A stretch of 64,000 bases of DNA, from the NCBI GenBank assembly GCA_938074535.1, contig CALJER010000008.1, positions 44,954 to 108,953 of the forward strand, written 5' to 3'. Below are positions 43,016 through 51,710 of the stretch, piece after piece. A program made the translations under genes and the position numbers. How positions within the stretch are numbered: the stretch's first letter is position 1; each line of letters begins with the position of its first letter. The DNA comes from an uncultured archaeon (GTDB taxonomy: Archaea; Hadarchaeota; Hadarchaeia; Hadarchaeales; WYZ-LMO6). The notes beneath the pieces were generated by a model. It ran no database searches. It saw only the letters and a list, made by a program, of their open reading frames with translations, and was not told the DNA's origin.

Positions 43016-44194
43016 CTATGTCCTGTAACTCTTCGGCATGCCCAGAACATGCTCCGCGATGAAGTTCAGAGCCATCTGCTGGGTAACCGGGGCCAGGCGA
43101 AGCAGGTTGATCTCCCTCCACCACCTCTCCAGATCCATTTCCTTCGCGTATCCGTAACCCCCAAAAATCTGCATGGCCCAATAAACGGCCTTGATTCCCG
43201 CCTCAACGGCGACCGCCTTCGCCATATTTGCCGCGGCACCCACTTCCAACCTATGAGCCTCCCTGTCAAAAAGCCAAGAGGCCTTGAAATTCATCAGCCT
43301 CGCACACTCCAGGGTGGCGAAGGCCTCGGCGAGGGGGAACTGGAGTCCCTGATAGCTTCCGATCGGATCCTCAAACACCCTCCTCTGCTTTGAGTATTCC
43401 ACGGCCTTGTTGATCGCAAGCCTGGCCGTACCTATCGCCGCGGCGGTGAAGCTCATTCTCTCGGCGTTTAGGGTATCGAGCAGGATGTACCATCCACCGT
43501 GGAGGGGGGGAATCAGGGCATCCTCCGGGAGCCTGAGGTTGTCTATCTGTACCTCGCAGGTCTCCGAGTAGTTTATCCCATGCTTGGGTATCGGGCTTAT
43601 CCTCACCGCCTCGTTCGGAAGGTCTGCCAGGAAGAGACTTATTCCATGGGCCTTCTCCCTCTCCCTCGGCGCGGTTCTGGCCACTATGAGCATACCTCCC
43701 GCCCGGTCGGCGCCGCTGATGAAAATCTTGCTGCCGTTGATCACCCACTCTCCGCCCCCCTTGAGCGCCCTCGTCTTGGTGGCCAGGGTGTTGGTTCCCG
43801 CCTCAGGTTCGGTCAGAGCCATGCAAAACTCCATTTCACCCCTCGCCAGCCTCGGAAGATACTTCCTCTTCTGCCCCTCCGTCCCGTGCCTCACTATCGT
43901 CAGGGCCCCGAAGACCTCCGTGAGGATCAGGTACCACGCCCCGCCCATGCCGCAGCCATTCGCCGCCAGTTCTTCCATCACTATGAGGAGCTCCGTCATC
44001 CCCAGGCCCAGTCCGCCGTACTCCTCTGGGACCACTATTCCCATGAAGCCTCTCTCGCCTATCTCCCTCAGGAATTCCTCCCCCACTTCCCCCCTCTCCT
44101 CCTTCCTCCTCCAGTATTCGGGGGGGAAACGCCTGGCTACCTCCCTGGCGGCATCTGCGAGCATCTTCTGCTGCTCGGTAAGCTCGAAATTCAC
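43016..44194 (-). CDS. Acyl-CoA dehydrogenase
   Basis: PEEYGGLG, TEPEAG, NGSKIFIS, LNAER, QIFGGYGY, LLRLAPV. Confidence 0.93.
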   Translation of the reverse strand: MNFELTEQQKMLADAAREVARRFPPEYWRRKEERGEVGEEFLREIGERGFMGIVVPEEYGGLGLGMTELLIVMEELAANGCGMGGAWYLILTEVFGALTIVRHGTEGQKRKYLPRLARGEMEFCMALTEPEAGTNTLATKTRALKGGGEWVINGSKIFISGADRAGGMLIVARTAPREREKAHGISLFLADLPNEAVRISPIPKHGINYSETCEVQIDNLRLPEDALIPPLHGGWYILLDTLNAERMSFTAAAIGTARLAINKAVEYSKQRRVFEDPIGSYQGLQFPLAEAFATLECARLMNFKASWLFDREAHRLEVGAAANMAKAVAVEAGIKAVYWAMQIFGGYGYAKEMDLERWWREINLLRLAPVTQQMALNFIAEHVLGMPKSYRT

Positions 44195-44195
44195 C

Positions 44196-44933
44196 TCATT
44201 CCCCCGGGGCTTCCCACCTCTTCATCACCATCTCCCTCGTTATCCCGAATCTCTCCTGCAAGAACTCGTAGGTTTTTTCCAGGTCCCTTCTGAGATCCTC
44301 CATAGCCTTGGCATCGGCGTGAAGACAAGACCACTTGGGTGGCTCCTGCCCGGGGACGGGGACGGCGTAGATGTCCATGAGCTCCCCCTTCCTCTCCTCC
44401 CTGAACTTTATGCGGACCCTCTGCCCCACCCACACGTGGGTGGGGGAAGTCAGGATCTGGATGGGCAGAGCTGTGTGGGCACCATCGATCTGAACGTATC
44501 CCAGCACGAAGGGAAGATGCTCCAGAAAGGCCTCGGCCGAGAAGAGCATGATGGAGAAGGTGTGGACCTTCCCGCTGGGGGGAAGCTCGACCCACTCGGT
44601 CGGCTGCGCCTTGCAACTAGGGTTCCAGCAGTGGGCCCGGGCAGGACAGTAAACCGTCCCGCAGCGGGGGCATCTGGTGCCGTAAAGCTTCCCCTCTATC
44701 AATCCCCTGAAGAACTTTGAGACCTTGCCTAGGCTGTGGTGATAGAGGACACCGTGGGGGCGGTAAACGACCATGAACTCCTCCTCCCTTTCCTCCCCCA
44801 CCTTGGTGTTTCCTGCGGGACCCCTTATTATCCGGTATCCCCTGGGCCTCCAGTTCCCCCTTCTCGCGTACTCCTCCCACTCCCTCAGCACTTCCAAGAC
44901 CCTGTCCTCCACCACCTTTTCCCTTTCCCCCAC
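44196..44933 (-). CDS. DUF35 Zn-ribbon/OB-fold protein with N- and C-terminal extensions
   Basis: CPRC...CPARAHCWNPSC, GKVHTFS, VGQRV. Confidence 0.88.
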   Translation of the reverse strand: MGEREKVVEDRVLEVLREWEEYARRGNWRPRGYRIIRGPAGNTKVGEEREEEFMVVYRPHGVLYHHSLGKVSKFFRGLIEGKLYGTRCPRCGTVYCPARAHCWNPSCKAQPTEWVELPPSGKVHTFSIMLFSAEAFLEHLPFVLGYVQIDGAHTALPIQILTSPTHVWVGQRVRIKFREERKGELMDIYAVPVPGQEPPKWSCLHADAKAMEDLRRDLEKTYEFLQERFGITREMVMKRWEAPGE

Positions 44934-44937
44934 TCCC

Positions 44938-46218
44938 TCACCTCGAAAAGACGATAACTCCTCCCTGGCAGCCCGTGCCGCCGTGACCAGTGAGGAGGGC
45001 CTTCTCAGCTCCGGAAACCTGCAGCTTCGGATCCCCGAATTTTTCCGGTATTCTCTCCGCTAGCTCCCAGTAGAGGAAGAGGGTCTGGAGCAGGCTGGTG
45101 GCCCCCACCGGATGGGCAAAGGCCGTGAGGCCACCGCTGAGCTGGCAGGGCAGCTCCCCCCCTCTCATCACCGTTCCCTCCCTAACCATGGTTTTTCCCT
45201 CCCCTCTGGGACACCACAGAAGGTCCTCATACAAACAGAGCTCAACCCCGTCATAGGGCGCGAAGAGTTCGGCGAGGTCGAGTTCCCGCACGGGGTGGGT
45301 GATACCGGCCCTCCTGTACGCCTGCCTGGCGGCCTCCCTCGCAAAACCGAAATTGGCCATCTCCGGGTAGGGCGTCAAAGGCCTCTCCACGAAGCTGGGG
45401 TACCTCTCCTCGTCCTCCGGGTATGCACCCTTGTAGGGCCAGTCCACCAGCCTGTCCCCCGGCCTCATGGAATCCGTTCCGAGTCCTACCCCTTCTATCC
45501 ACATCGGCGCATCCGAATACTTCCTGGCCACCTTTTCCGAAGCCAGGAGGAGGACCGCGGCCCCCTCGCTTATCAGGGCACAGTTCCATCTCCGGTAAGG
45601 CCAGGCGACGATCCTGTCCTTGAAGTAATCATCCAGCGTCACATAGCTCGTACCGTGCTCGGATCTCCACTGAGAGTACGGATTGTGGACGGCGTTGTTC
45701 CTGTTCCTGACCGCCAACCTTCCCAGATCTTCCACGGTTTCGCCGTAGAGCTGCATGTGCCTCACCTCGAGCGCTGCATAATACCCGTTGTAGTACCCGC
45801 CCACGGTGAAATCCCAGTCGGTGTCCGAAGCCGCGGCGATGAACTCGTTGGTGGTAGCGGTGTCCACCTCGGACATCCACTCCCAACCTACTACCAGAAT
45901 GAGGTCGTACTCTCCGGATTTTATCAGGAAATACGCATTTATCAGGGCATCGAGGGGAGTGCTCCCCCCCGCCTCCACCCTGTACCCGGGCTTCCTGTGA
46001 TGCCCTATATAGTCCTGGACTATCCAGCTCATGCAGAGCTGCTGATTCAGGTGGTCGCTGAAGTAGGAACACTGAACGAATTCTATGTCCCTGGGATCCA
46101 GCTCTGGAACCTCCTCGAGCAACATCCTGTAGGCCTCCGCCACGCCCTCTTCAGCGACCTCGTAGCGAACCCTATCGGGCCTGAAGAGGCCCCCTCCCAC
46201 CACCGCCACCTTGGTCAT
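44938..46218 (-). CDS. Thiolase-fold (SCP-x type) protein lacking the N-terminal catalytic Cys
   Basis: VEAGGST at the Cys site, NAVHNPY, ISEGAA, SGGL..AHPVGAT (His retained). Confidence 0.88.
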   Translation of the reverse strand: MTKVAVVGGGLFRPDRVRYEVAEEGVAEAYRMLLEEVPELDPRDIEFVQCSYFSDHLNQQLCMSWIVQDYIGHHRKPGYRVEAGGSTPLDALINAYFLIKSGEYDLILVVGWEWMSEVDTATTNEFIAAASDTDWDFTVGGYYNGYYAALEVRHMQLYGETVEDLGRLAVRNRNNAVHNPYSQWRSEHGTSYVTLDDYFKDRIVAWPYRRWNCALISEGAAVLLLASEKVARKYSDAPMWIEGVGLGTDSMRPGDRLVDWPYKGAYPEDEERYPSFVERPLTPYPEMANFGFAREAARQAYRRAGITHPVRELDLAELFAPYDGVELCLYEDLLWCPRGEGKTMVREGTVMRGGELPCQLSGGLTAFAHPVGATSLLQTLFLYWELAERIPEKFGDPKLQVSGAEKALLTGHGGTGCQGGVIVFSR

Positions 46219-46444
46219 CTCGCCCTTTTTCCTTCGGAGTGTATTAAGCTTTTTGACTCATGCATTAAAACTGGACTTAAAACACCTTGAAGGTGAAATA
46301 AAAAGCAGAGGAACTAGCCCTGCATGAGCTAGCCGGATTTCGACCTCACGCCCTTGCCTCCACGCTTGGTCAAAGTGGTAGAGAACAAAGCATGGCGAAA
46401 CAGCTAATAAATACGAGAGCTCAACACCCAAATGGTGGAATACG

Positions 46445-48409
46445 GTGAGAAAGCCTCTTTGGACACCGTCGCAAGAACGCGTAGAAAGGGCTAACATAAC
46501 CTCCTTTATAGAATTTGTAGAAAGAAAACACGGTTTAAAAACAGCCTCCTACCATGAACTGTATAAATGGTCTATAGAAAACATCCCCAGTTTCTGGGAA
46601 TGTGTGTGGGAATTCGCTCAAATAAAAGCTTCCCACCGATATGAAGTGATAGTCGACGATCTAAGCAAGTTTCCGGGAGCAAGATGGTTTGTCGGGGCCC
46701 GCCTCAACTTTGCAGAAAACCTCCTGAAACACAGAGACGACCATCTTGCCTTCATATTCAGGAATGAGAGCCAAAAAACAAAAAGGCTAACCTACAGGCA
46801 GCTCTACGATTCGGTGGCCCGCTTGGCGAAACGGTTGCGCGAAATCGGAATTGGTCCAGGAGACCGCATAGCCGCTTACATGCCCAACATCCCCGAAACT
46901 CCAATTGCCATGCTTGCGGCGGCAAGTGTTGGCGCCATATGGTCTTCATGCGGAACGGAATTGGGTCCCAGCGCCGTCGTAGAGCGCCTGGGCCAAATAA
47001 ACCCCAAAGTACTGTTTGCTGTCGATGGCTATCCGTACAGGGGAAGAACCTTTGATGTTTTGACCAATATTGAAAAGATTGTGAAAGGAGTACCTTCCCT
47101 TGAAAAAGTTGTCGTGGTCCCGTACACAGCAGAAAAGCCCAACCTTGCGAATGTTCCCAAATCGATAAACTATGAGGAGTTTACATCCGCCGAAGAAAAA
47201 AGTGGGATCAAATTCGAACAGCTGCCGGCTGAACACCCACTCTACATAATGTTTTCCTCAGGGACTACCGGCAAGCCAAAATGCATGGTTCAGAGCGCCG
47301 CGGGAGTCCTCATCAACCACCTCAAAGAGCTAGTCCTCCACACGGACTTAAAACGTGAGGACAGGATTTTCTATATAACCTCTCCGAGCTGGATGATGTG
47401 GAACTGGCTGATGAGCTCCTTGGCCGTTGGCGCCACTATCATATTGTATGATGGCAACCCAAATTATCCGGACTGGGGCGCCATGTGGAAGCTTGTCCAG
47501 GAGGAGAAAATAACAATTTTCGGATGCAGCGCCAGCTACATAAACCATCTAAGGAGTGTGGGCGCCAAACCGGGAAAAGTTTATGACCTATCCTCCCTGC
47601 GTGAGATCTCCCAAACTGGGTCGCCACTCTCAGCTGAAGGCTTTGAGTACGCCTACAGAGAAATCAAGGAGGACCTGCACTTCAACTCCATTTCAGGAGG
47701 AACGGACATAAACGGCTGCTTCGCCGCCGGAACACCCATCCAACCAGTGTACGCTGGAGAACTGCAAGGTCCGGCGTTGGGGATGAAAGTTAAAGCTTAT
47801 GATGAAAAAGGCAACGAGGTGGTCGATCGCGAAGGAGAGCTTGTCTGCGAAGCCCCTGCACCGTCCATGCCGCTTTATTTCTGGAACGATCCAGACGGCA
47901 AAAAATACAAGGAAGCCTACTTTAGCTTCTACCCAAACGTTTGGCGGCACGGTGACTTGATTCTGATCCACAGCGACACGGGGGGAATAACCTTCCTCGG
48001 ACGCTCAGACTTTACGCTGAAACCCTCAGGCGTGCGCATAGGGCCGGCAGAAATCTACAGCGTGGTAGAAAAAATTGAGGGAATTGCCGACTGCATCGCT
48101 GTTGGACAGGACTGGAAAGGTGACCAACGCATAATTCTATTCGTAAAGCTTGCTCCACAGTTTAAGTTAACCGAGGAGTTGAAAAACAAGATTAAAAAGG
48201 TCCTAAGGGAGGAAGCTTCTCCAAGACACGTTCCGGCGTTGATCATCGAAGTGCCGGACATTCCATATACTTTCAACATGAAAAAAGTCGAAAGTGCAGT
48301 TTCAAACATAATAAACGGTAGGGCAGTTACGAATAGGGATGCCTTAATCAATCCGGAGTCGCTTGACTTCTTTGAAAAAATTCTCCCGGAGCTTCAAAAA
48401 GAACAGTGA
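46445..48409 (+). CDS. Acetoacetate-CoA ligase (acetoacetyl-CoA synthetase)
   Basis: LNFAENLL, FSSGTTGKPKC, WMMWNWL, SISGGTD, VWRHGD, GVRIG.AEIY, SPRHVP, KKVE. Confidence 0.94.
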   Translation: MRKPLWTPSQERVERANITSFIEFVERKHGLKTASYHELYKWSIENIPSFWECVWEFAQIKASHRYEVIVDDLSKFPGARWFVGARLNFAENLLKHRDDHLAFIFRNESQKTKRLTYRQLYDSVARLAKRLREIGIGPGDRIAAYMPNIPETPIAMLAAASVGAIWSSCGTELGPSAVVERLGQINPKVLFAVDGYPYRGRTFDVLTNIEKIVKGVPSLEKVVVVPYTAEKPNLANVPKSINYEEFTSAEEKSGIKFEQLPAEHPLYIMFSSGTTGKPKCMVQSAAGVLINHLKELVLHTDLKREDRIFYITSPSWMMWNWLMSSLAVGATIILYDGNPNYPDWGAMWKLVQEEKITIFGCSASYINHLRSVGAKPGKVYDLSSLREISQTGSPLSAEGFEYAYREIKEDLHFNSISGGTDINGCFAAGTPIQPVYAGELQGPALGMKVKAYDEKGNEVVDREGELVCEAPAPSMPLYFWNDPDGKKYKEAYFSFYPNVWRHGDLILIHSDTGGITFLGRSDFTLKPSGVRIGPAEIYSVVEKIEGIADCIAVGQDWKGDQRIILFVKLAPQFKLTEELKNKIKKVLREEASPRHVPALIIEVPDIPYTFNMKKVESAVSNIINGRAVTNRDALINPESLDFFEKILPELQKEQ

Positions 48410-48767
48410 GCTGAAATAGCTTCCCTTAAATCCGTCTGGCTTGAAAAACCCCGGCAATATCCCTTAGGGAACTAATCCCGCGCCCGCCCTCATGCCAAGT
48501 ATGGGCTTCCAAATCCTCAAATCTCAGATCCTGCACTTTCAAAATCCTCTTGATGAAGCGCGAGATACCCGCGAAAAGCTGGACTTTGACGGAGGGGGGC
48601 CTACCCAAAAGGCACTCACCGCAAAGGATGGTCAAGCGACCGGGCACACGAATTCGGGAGAAATTTCGGGCTTTGGGGGCCCCTCCGGGGGATGAAGGAA
48701 GCCCGACCCCAAGAAAACCTCAGAACCCCGGACGGGCTGGACAGCAAGGGGTAGTGGGGGGAAGCGA

Positions 48768-50225
48768 CTAAGCGCCCCTCTCCGACTCCGAAGGAAGCAG
48801 AACGTCGTGGGGTCTGGTCTCCTGGGCCCCCAGCGGGGAGAGAACGGCGAACCTCGCCTTTTCCCAGAGCTCCCTGATGTTCCTGGCCCCCGCGTACCCC
48901 ATGGAGGCCTTCAGGCCCAGCACCAGCTCCCTCACGGCGGTGCTCACCTCACCCTTGTAGGGCACCCATCCTTCCACCCCCTCCGCTATCCCCTTGGAGG
49001 GGATGGAGTACCTGTCCAGGGAGTACCTCTTGGCCATGGCCGAGGGACTCCCCATTCCCCTGTACTGCTTGTAGTATCTTCCCCCTATGCTCACCAGCGT
49101 ACCCGGGGCCTCCCTGCACCTGGCGAGGAGATTCCCGGCCATCACGGCGGAGGCCCCTGCGGCGAGCGCCAGCGCTATGTCCCCCGGACCTCTGACCCCC
49201 CCGTCGGCTATCACGGGGAGCTCCAGCCCGTAGTCCCTCAGGGCATCGGCCACGCTTGCGGTGGCGTAGAGGGTGGGGGAGCCTGCTTTGGTGACCTCGG
49301 TGGTCACGCATATCGAGCCAGAGCCCACTCCCACCCTGAAGCCGGCCACTCCCTCCACCTTGGTGATCACGTCCTCCGCGGCCTGATAGGTTCCCACGTT
49401 CCCCACCACCAGGTCCGCCTCCACCTCCTCCACCATCTTCTTCGCGGCCTCCAGCACGGCGGAGTTGTGGAAGTGGGCCACGTCCGTTACCAGCACGTTG
49501 ACGTACCTGTCCAGCTTCTTCGCCCTCTCCAGGTCGAAGGGGGAAACCGCGGCAGCGCACAGGAGCTGTCCCTCCTCGTCCCTTGCCGCCTCCGGGTACT
49601 TCCCCCTGAGCATGATGTCCTTGAAGGTGATGAGGCCCTTGAGGTTCCCGTTTTCGTCCACGATGGGCAGCTTCTCGATCTTGTGCTGGTGGAGCAGGTC
49701 CTGCGCCTCCTCCAGGCTTATTCCCTCCCTGGCCGTGACCACCTCCTTCGTCATCACGTTCTCCACCCTGAACTCGGGATTGGCGAAGCGCACATCCCTG
49801 CCCGTCAGAATGCCCACCAGCTTTCCCCCCTTCACCACCGGAAGGCCCGAGATGTGGTGGGTTTCCATGAGCTTCATGGCCTCCCCCACCGTCTGGTCAG
49901 GAGCCACGGTCACCACCTCCCTTATCACCAGGGACTCCGCCCGCTTCACCTTCTTGGCCATCTCCACCTGCTCCTCCACGCTGCAGTTCCTGTGGAGCAC
50001 GCCCACCCCTCCCTCCCTGGCCATCGCTATCGCCATCTCGGTCTCCGTCACGGTGTCCATCGGGGAGGAGACGAGGGGGATGTTCATGGAGTAGTTCTTG
50101 GTGAACCTGGTCCTGATATCGATCTCGGAGGGCTCCACAGCCAGTCCCGGGAGGAGGATGAGGTCGTGGAAGGTCAGGGCCAGTTCGGCCCCCATCACCT
50201 TCTTCCTGAAGCCTCCCTCGGGCAC
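48768..50225 (-). CDS. guaB: IMP dehydrogenase with CBS domains
   Basis: SSPMDTVTE, GVGSGSICVT, IADGG, YRGMGS, EGVEG. Confidence 0.96.
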   Translation of the reverse strand: MPEGGFRKKVMGAELALTFHDLILLPGLAVEPSEIDIRTRFTKNYSMNIPLVSSPMDTVTETEMAIAMAREGGVGVLHRNCSVEEQVEMAKKVKRAESLVIREVVTVAPDQTVGEAMKLMETHHISGLPVVKGGKLVGILTGRDVRFANPEFRVENVMTKEVVTAREGISLEEAQDLLHQHKIEKLPIVDENGNLKGLITFKDIMLRGKYPEAARDEEGQLLCAAAVSPFDLERAKKLDRYVNVLVTDVAHFHNSAVLEAAKKMVEEVEADLVVGNVGTYQAAEDVITKVEGVAGFRVGVGSGSICVTTEVTKAGSPTLYATASVADALRDYGLELPVIADGGVRGPGDIALALAAGASAVMAGNLLARCREAPGTLVSIGGRYYKQYRGMGSPSAMAKRYSLDRYSIPSKGIAEGVEGWVPYKGEVSTAVRELVLGLKASMGYAGARNIRELWEKARFAVLSPLGAQETRPHDVLLPSESERGA

Positions 50226-50263
50226 CCTTCCACCTTTTATACAGGGGAGGGGGGAGTTTAATC

Positions 50264-50773
50264 CTATCGGAGGACCGTGGAGTTACCCTCGAACTCCCTC
50301 AGCAGCTCCTCCACCTCCCTCCTGGCCTTCCCCACCTCCACCACCACCACCCCCTCCCCCGGCTGCCCGTAGAGGACCACCGCACCCGGAGGTGACTTGA
50401 CCACGGCAGCCAGCGTGGCCAGATCCTCCTCACCCTCCACCACTATCTTCAGGGGAGGAGGGAGATCGAAGGCCTCCCACAGTTCCCTGGAGAGGGTGGC
50501 CGGAGGGTTCGCCACCCTCCTCTCCGGAAGATCCAGCTCCTCCACCCTCCTCCTCTCCTCCCCGGTCAGGGGGGAGCGAAGGCTCTTGAAGTCCACCACG
50601 CAGACATCGGGCCTCACCCCCTCCTCCAGCAGGGTGGCGGTCACCCTGTCGCCCACCGCTACTATCCTCGCCGGTCTCAGGGACCTCGCGTACTTGAGGG
50701 CCTCCCCCATGCTGGGAAAGACCTTCCCCAGAGGTTTCTTCAGCCTGCCCCTCAGGTGCTCGGGGAGCCTCAT
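50264..50773 (-). CDS. GTP-dependent dephospho-CoA kinase (DUF359)
   Basis: LKKPLG, VGDRVT, VDFKS.R, NPPA, VEGEEDL, YGQPGEG. Confidence 0.9.
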   Translation of the reverse strand: MRLPEHLRGRLKKPLGKVFPSMGEALKYARSLRPARIVAVGDRVTATLLEEGVRPDVCVVDFKSLRSPLTGEERRRVEELDLPERRVANPPATLSRELWEAFDLPPPLKIVVEGEEDLATLAAVVKSPPGAVVLYGQPGEGVVVVEVGKARREVEELLREFEGNSTVLR

Positions 50774-50774
50774 C

Positions 50775-51647
50775 CTACACCCCCAGCCTCCCCAGCAAAA
50801 AAGCCAGCAGGCCCAGGAGCATCCAGAGGAGGGAGAGACGCTTCAGCTCCAGGGCCTCACCGGGGGAGGGATTTCTCACGGAGAGGACCCCCGTGAGGAG
50901 GAAGCCGGCGTCCGCCAGCACCACCGCAGGCAGATACCACACCGATACTTCCCCCAGCAGGAGGGGGAAGGGGCTGAGGGCCACCGCCAGGAGGTAGAAG
51001 AGGAGGACGAAGGGGGCCGCACCCGCCGGGCCCCTGGAAACGGCCAGCGTCCTGATTCCCCTCCTCCTGTCACCTTCCGCGTCCGCCATCCCCTTCAGAA
51101 TCTCCCTCCCGGTGTTGGAGAGGAAGGCCATGAACAGGAAGAGGAGGAGGGCCGGGGGTGGGTCCTCTCCCAGCACCAGAGGACCGTAGAGGAAGGGCAC
51201 GGCCACGCAGGTGCTCACCATCAGGTTGCCCGGCAGCCCCGTCCTTTTCCCCCTGGCGTTGTAGTAGGAGGAGAGGAGGAAGGAGAGAACGGCCACGAGG
51301 AGGGGGTAGAGGGTCCCCCTCTCCACCCAGCTCCCGGCCGCGGAGAGGAGGCCGAGCACCGCCAGCGCCGAAGAGAAGAGGAGGGCCTCCTCCGGGGAGA
51401 CCAGCCCGCTGGGGATGGGGCGATGGGGCTGGTTCACCTCGTCCACGAAGCGGTCGAAGTAGTCGTTCACCGCCATGGAGGCACCGGTGAGGAGGAAGGC
51501 CGTGGAGAAACCCAGCAGGCTGGGGAGAACCTCCAGCCTGCCCGCCGCCAGGACCTCCCCCACCAGAACGGCGAGCCCCATCATGAAGCAGTTGGGGAGC
51601 CTGAGAAGGGAGAGGAAAGCCGAAAGCCTGCGCGAAGCCCTCCTCAT
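50775..51647 (-). CDS. Digeranylgeranylglyceryl phosphate synthase (UbiA family)
   Basis: LRLPN, NDYFDRFVDEVNQPHRPIPSG, REILKGMAD.EGD, multiple TM segments. Confidence 0.88.
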   Translation of the reverse strand: MRRASRRLSAFLSLLRLPNCFMMGLAVLVGEVLAAGRLEVLPSLLGFSTAFLLTGASMAVNDYFDRFVDEVNQPHRPIPSGLVSPEEALLFSSALAVLGLLSAAGSWVERGTLYPLLVAVLSFLLSSYYNARGKRTGLPGNLMVSTCVAVPFLYGPLVLGEDPPPALLLFLFMAFLSNTGREILKGMADAEGDRRRGIRTLAVSRGPAGAAPFVLLFYLLAVALSPFPLLLGEVSVWYLPAVVLADAGFLLTGVLSVRNPSPGEALELKRLSLLWMLLGLLAFLLGRLGV

Positions 51648-51675
51648 GACTTCCAAGGGGGATGGGCTCTCAAGG

Positions 51676-51683
51676 CTTTAAAG
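51676..51683. promoter_or_regulatory. Palindromic TATA element shared by divergent DGGGPS and tes
   Basis: CTTTAAAG. The TTTAAA core lies 28 nt from ATG 51711 (+) and 29 nt from ATG 51647 (-). Confidence 0.6.
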
Positions 51684-51710
51684 TCTCTCCCGCTTAGATA
51701 TGCGACAAAG

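Larger units (their letters stand above)
33010..48760. other. Putative horizontally acquired catabolic island between purH and guaB
   Basis: Visibly more A/T-ending codons than the flanks (strongest at 36.5-42.9 kb and 46.3-48.5 kb) and a coherent acyl-CoA gene set. No integrase or att site seen. Confidence 0.6.

Noticed and set aside
48426-48647. Possible MoaD/ThiS-like small ORF (VKVQLFAG)
   Set aside because: Only a short motif resemblance, no C-terminal GG and no convincing start.
50397-51710. Apparent 438-aa N-terminal extension of the radical SAM protein (968-aa ORF)
   Set aside because: It is antisense to DUF359 and DGGGP synthase. The Tes-like sequence starts at ATG 51711 behind a TATA box.
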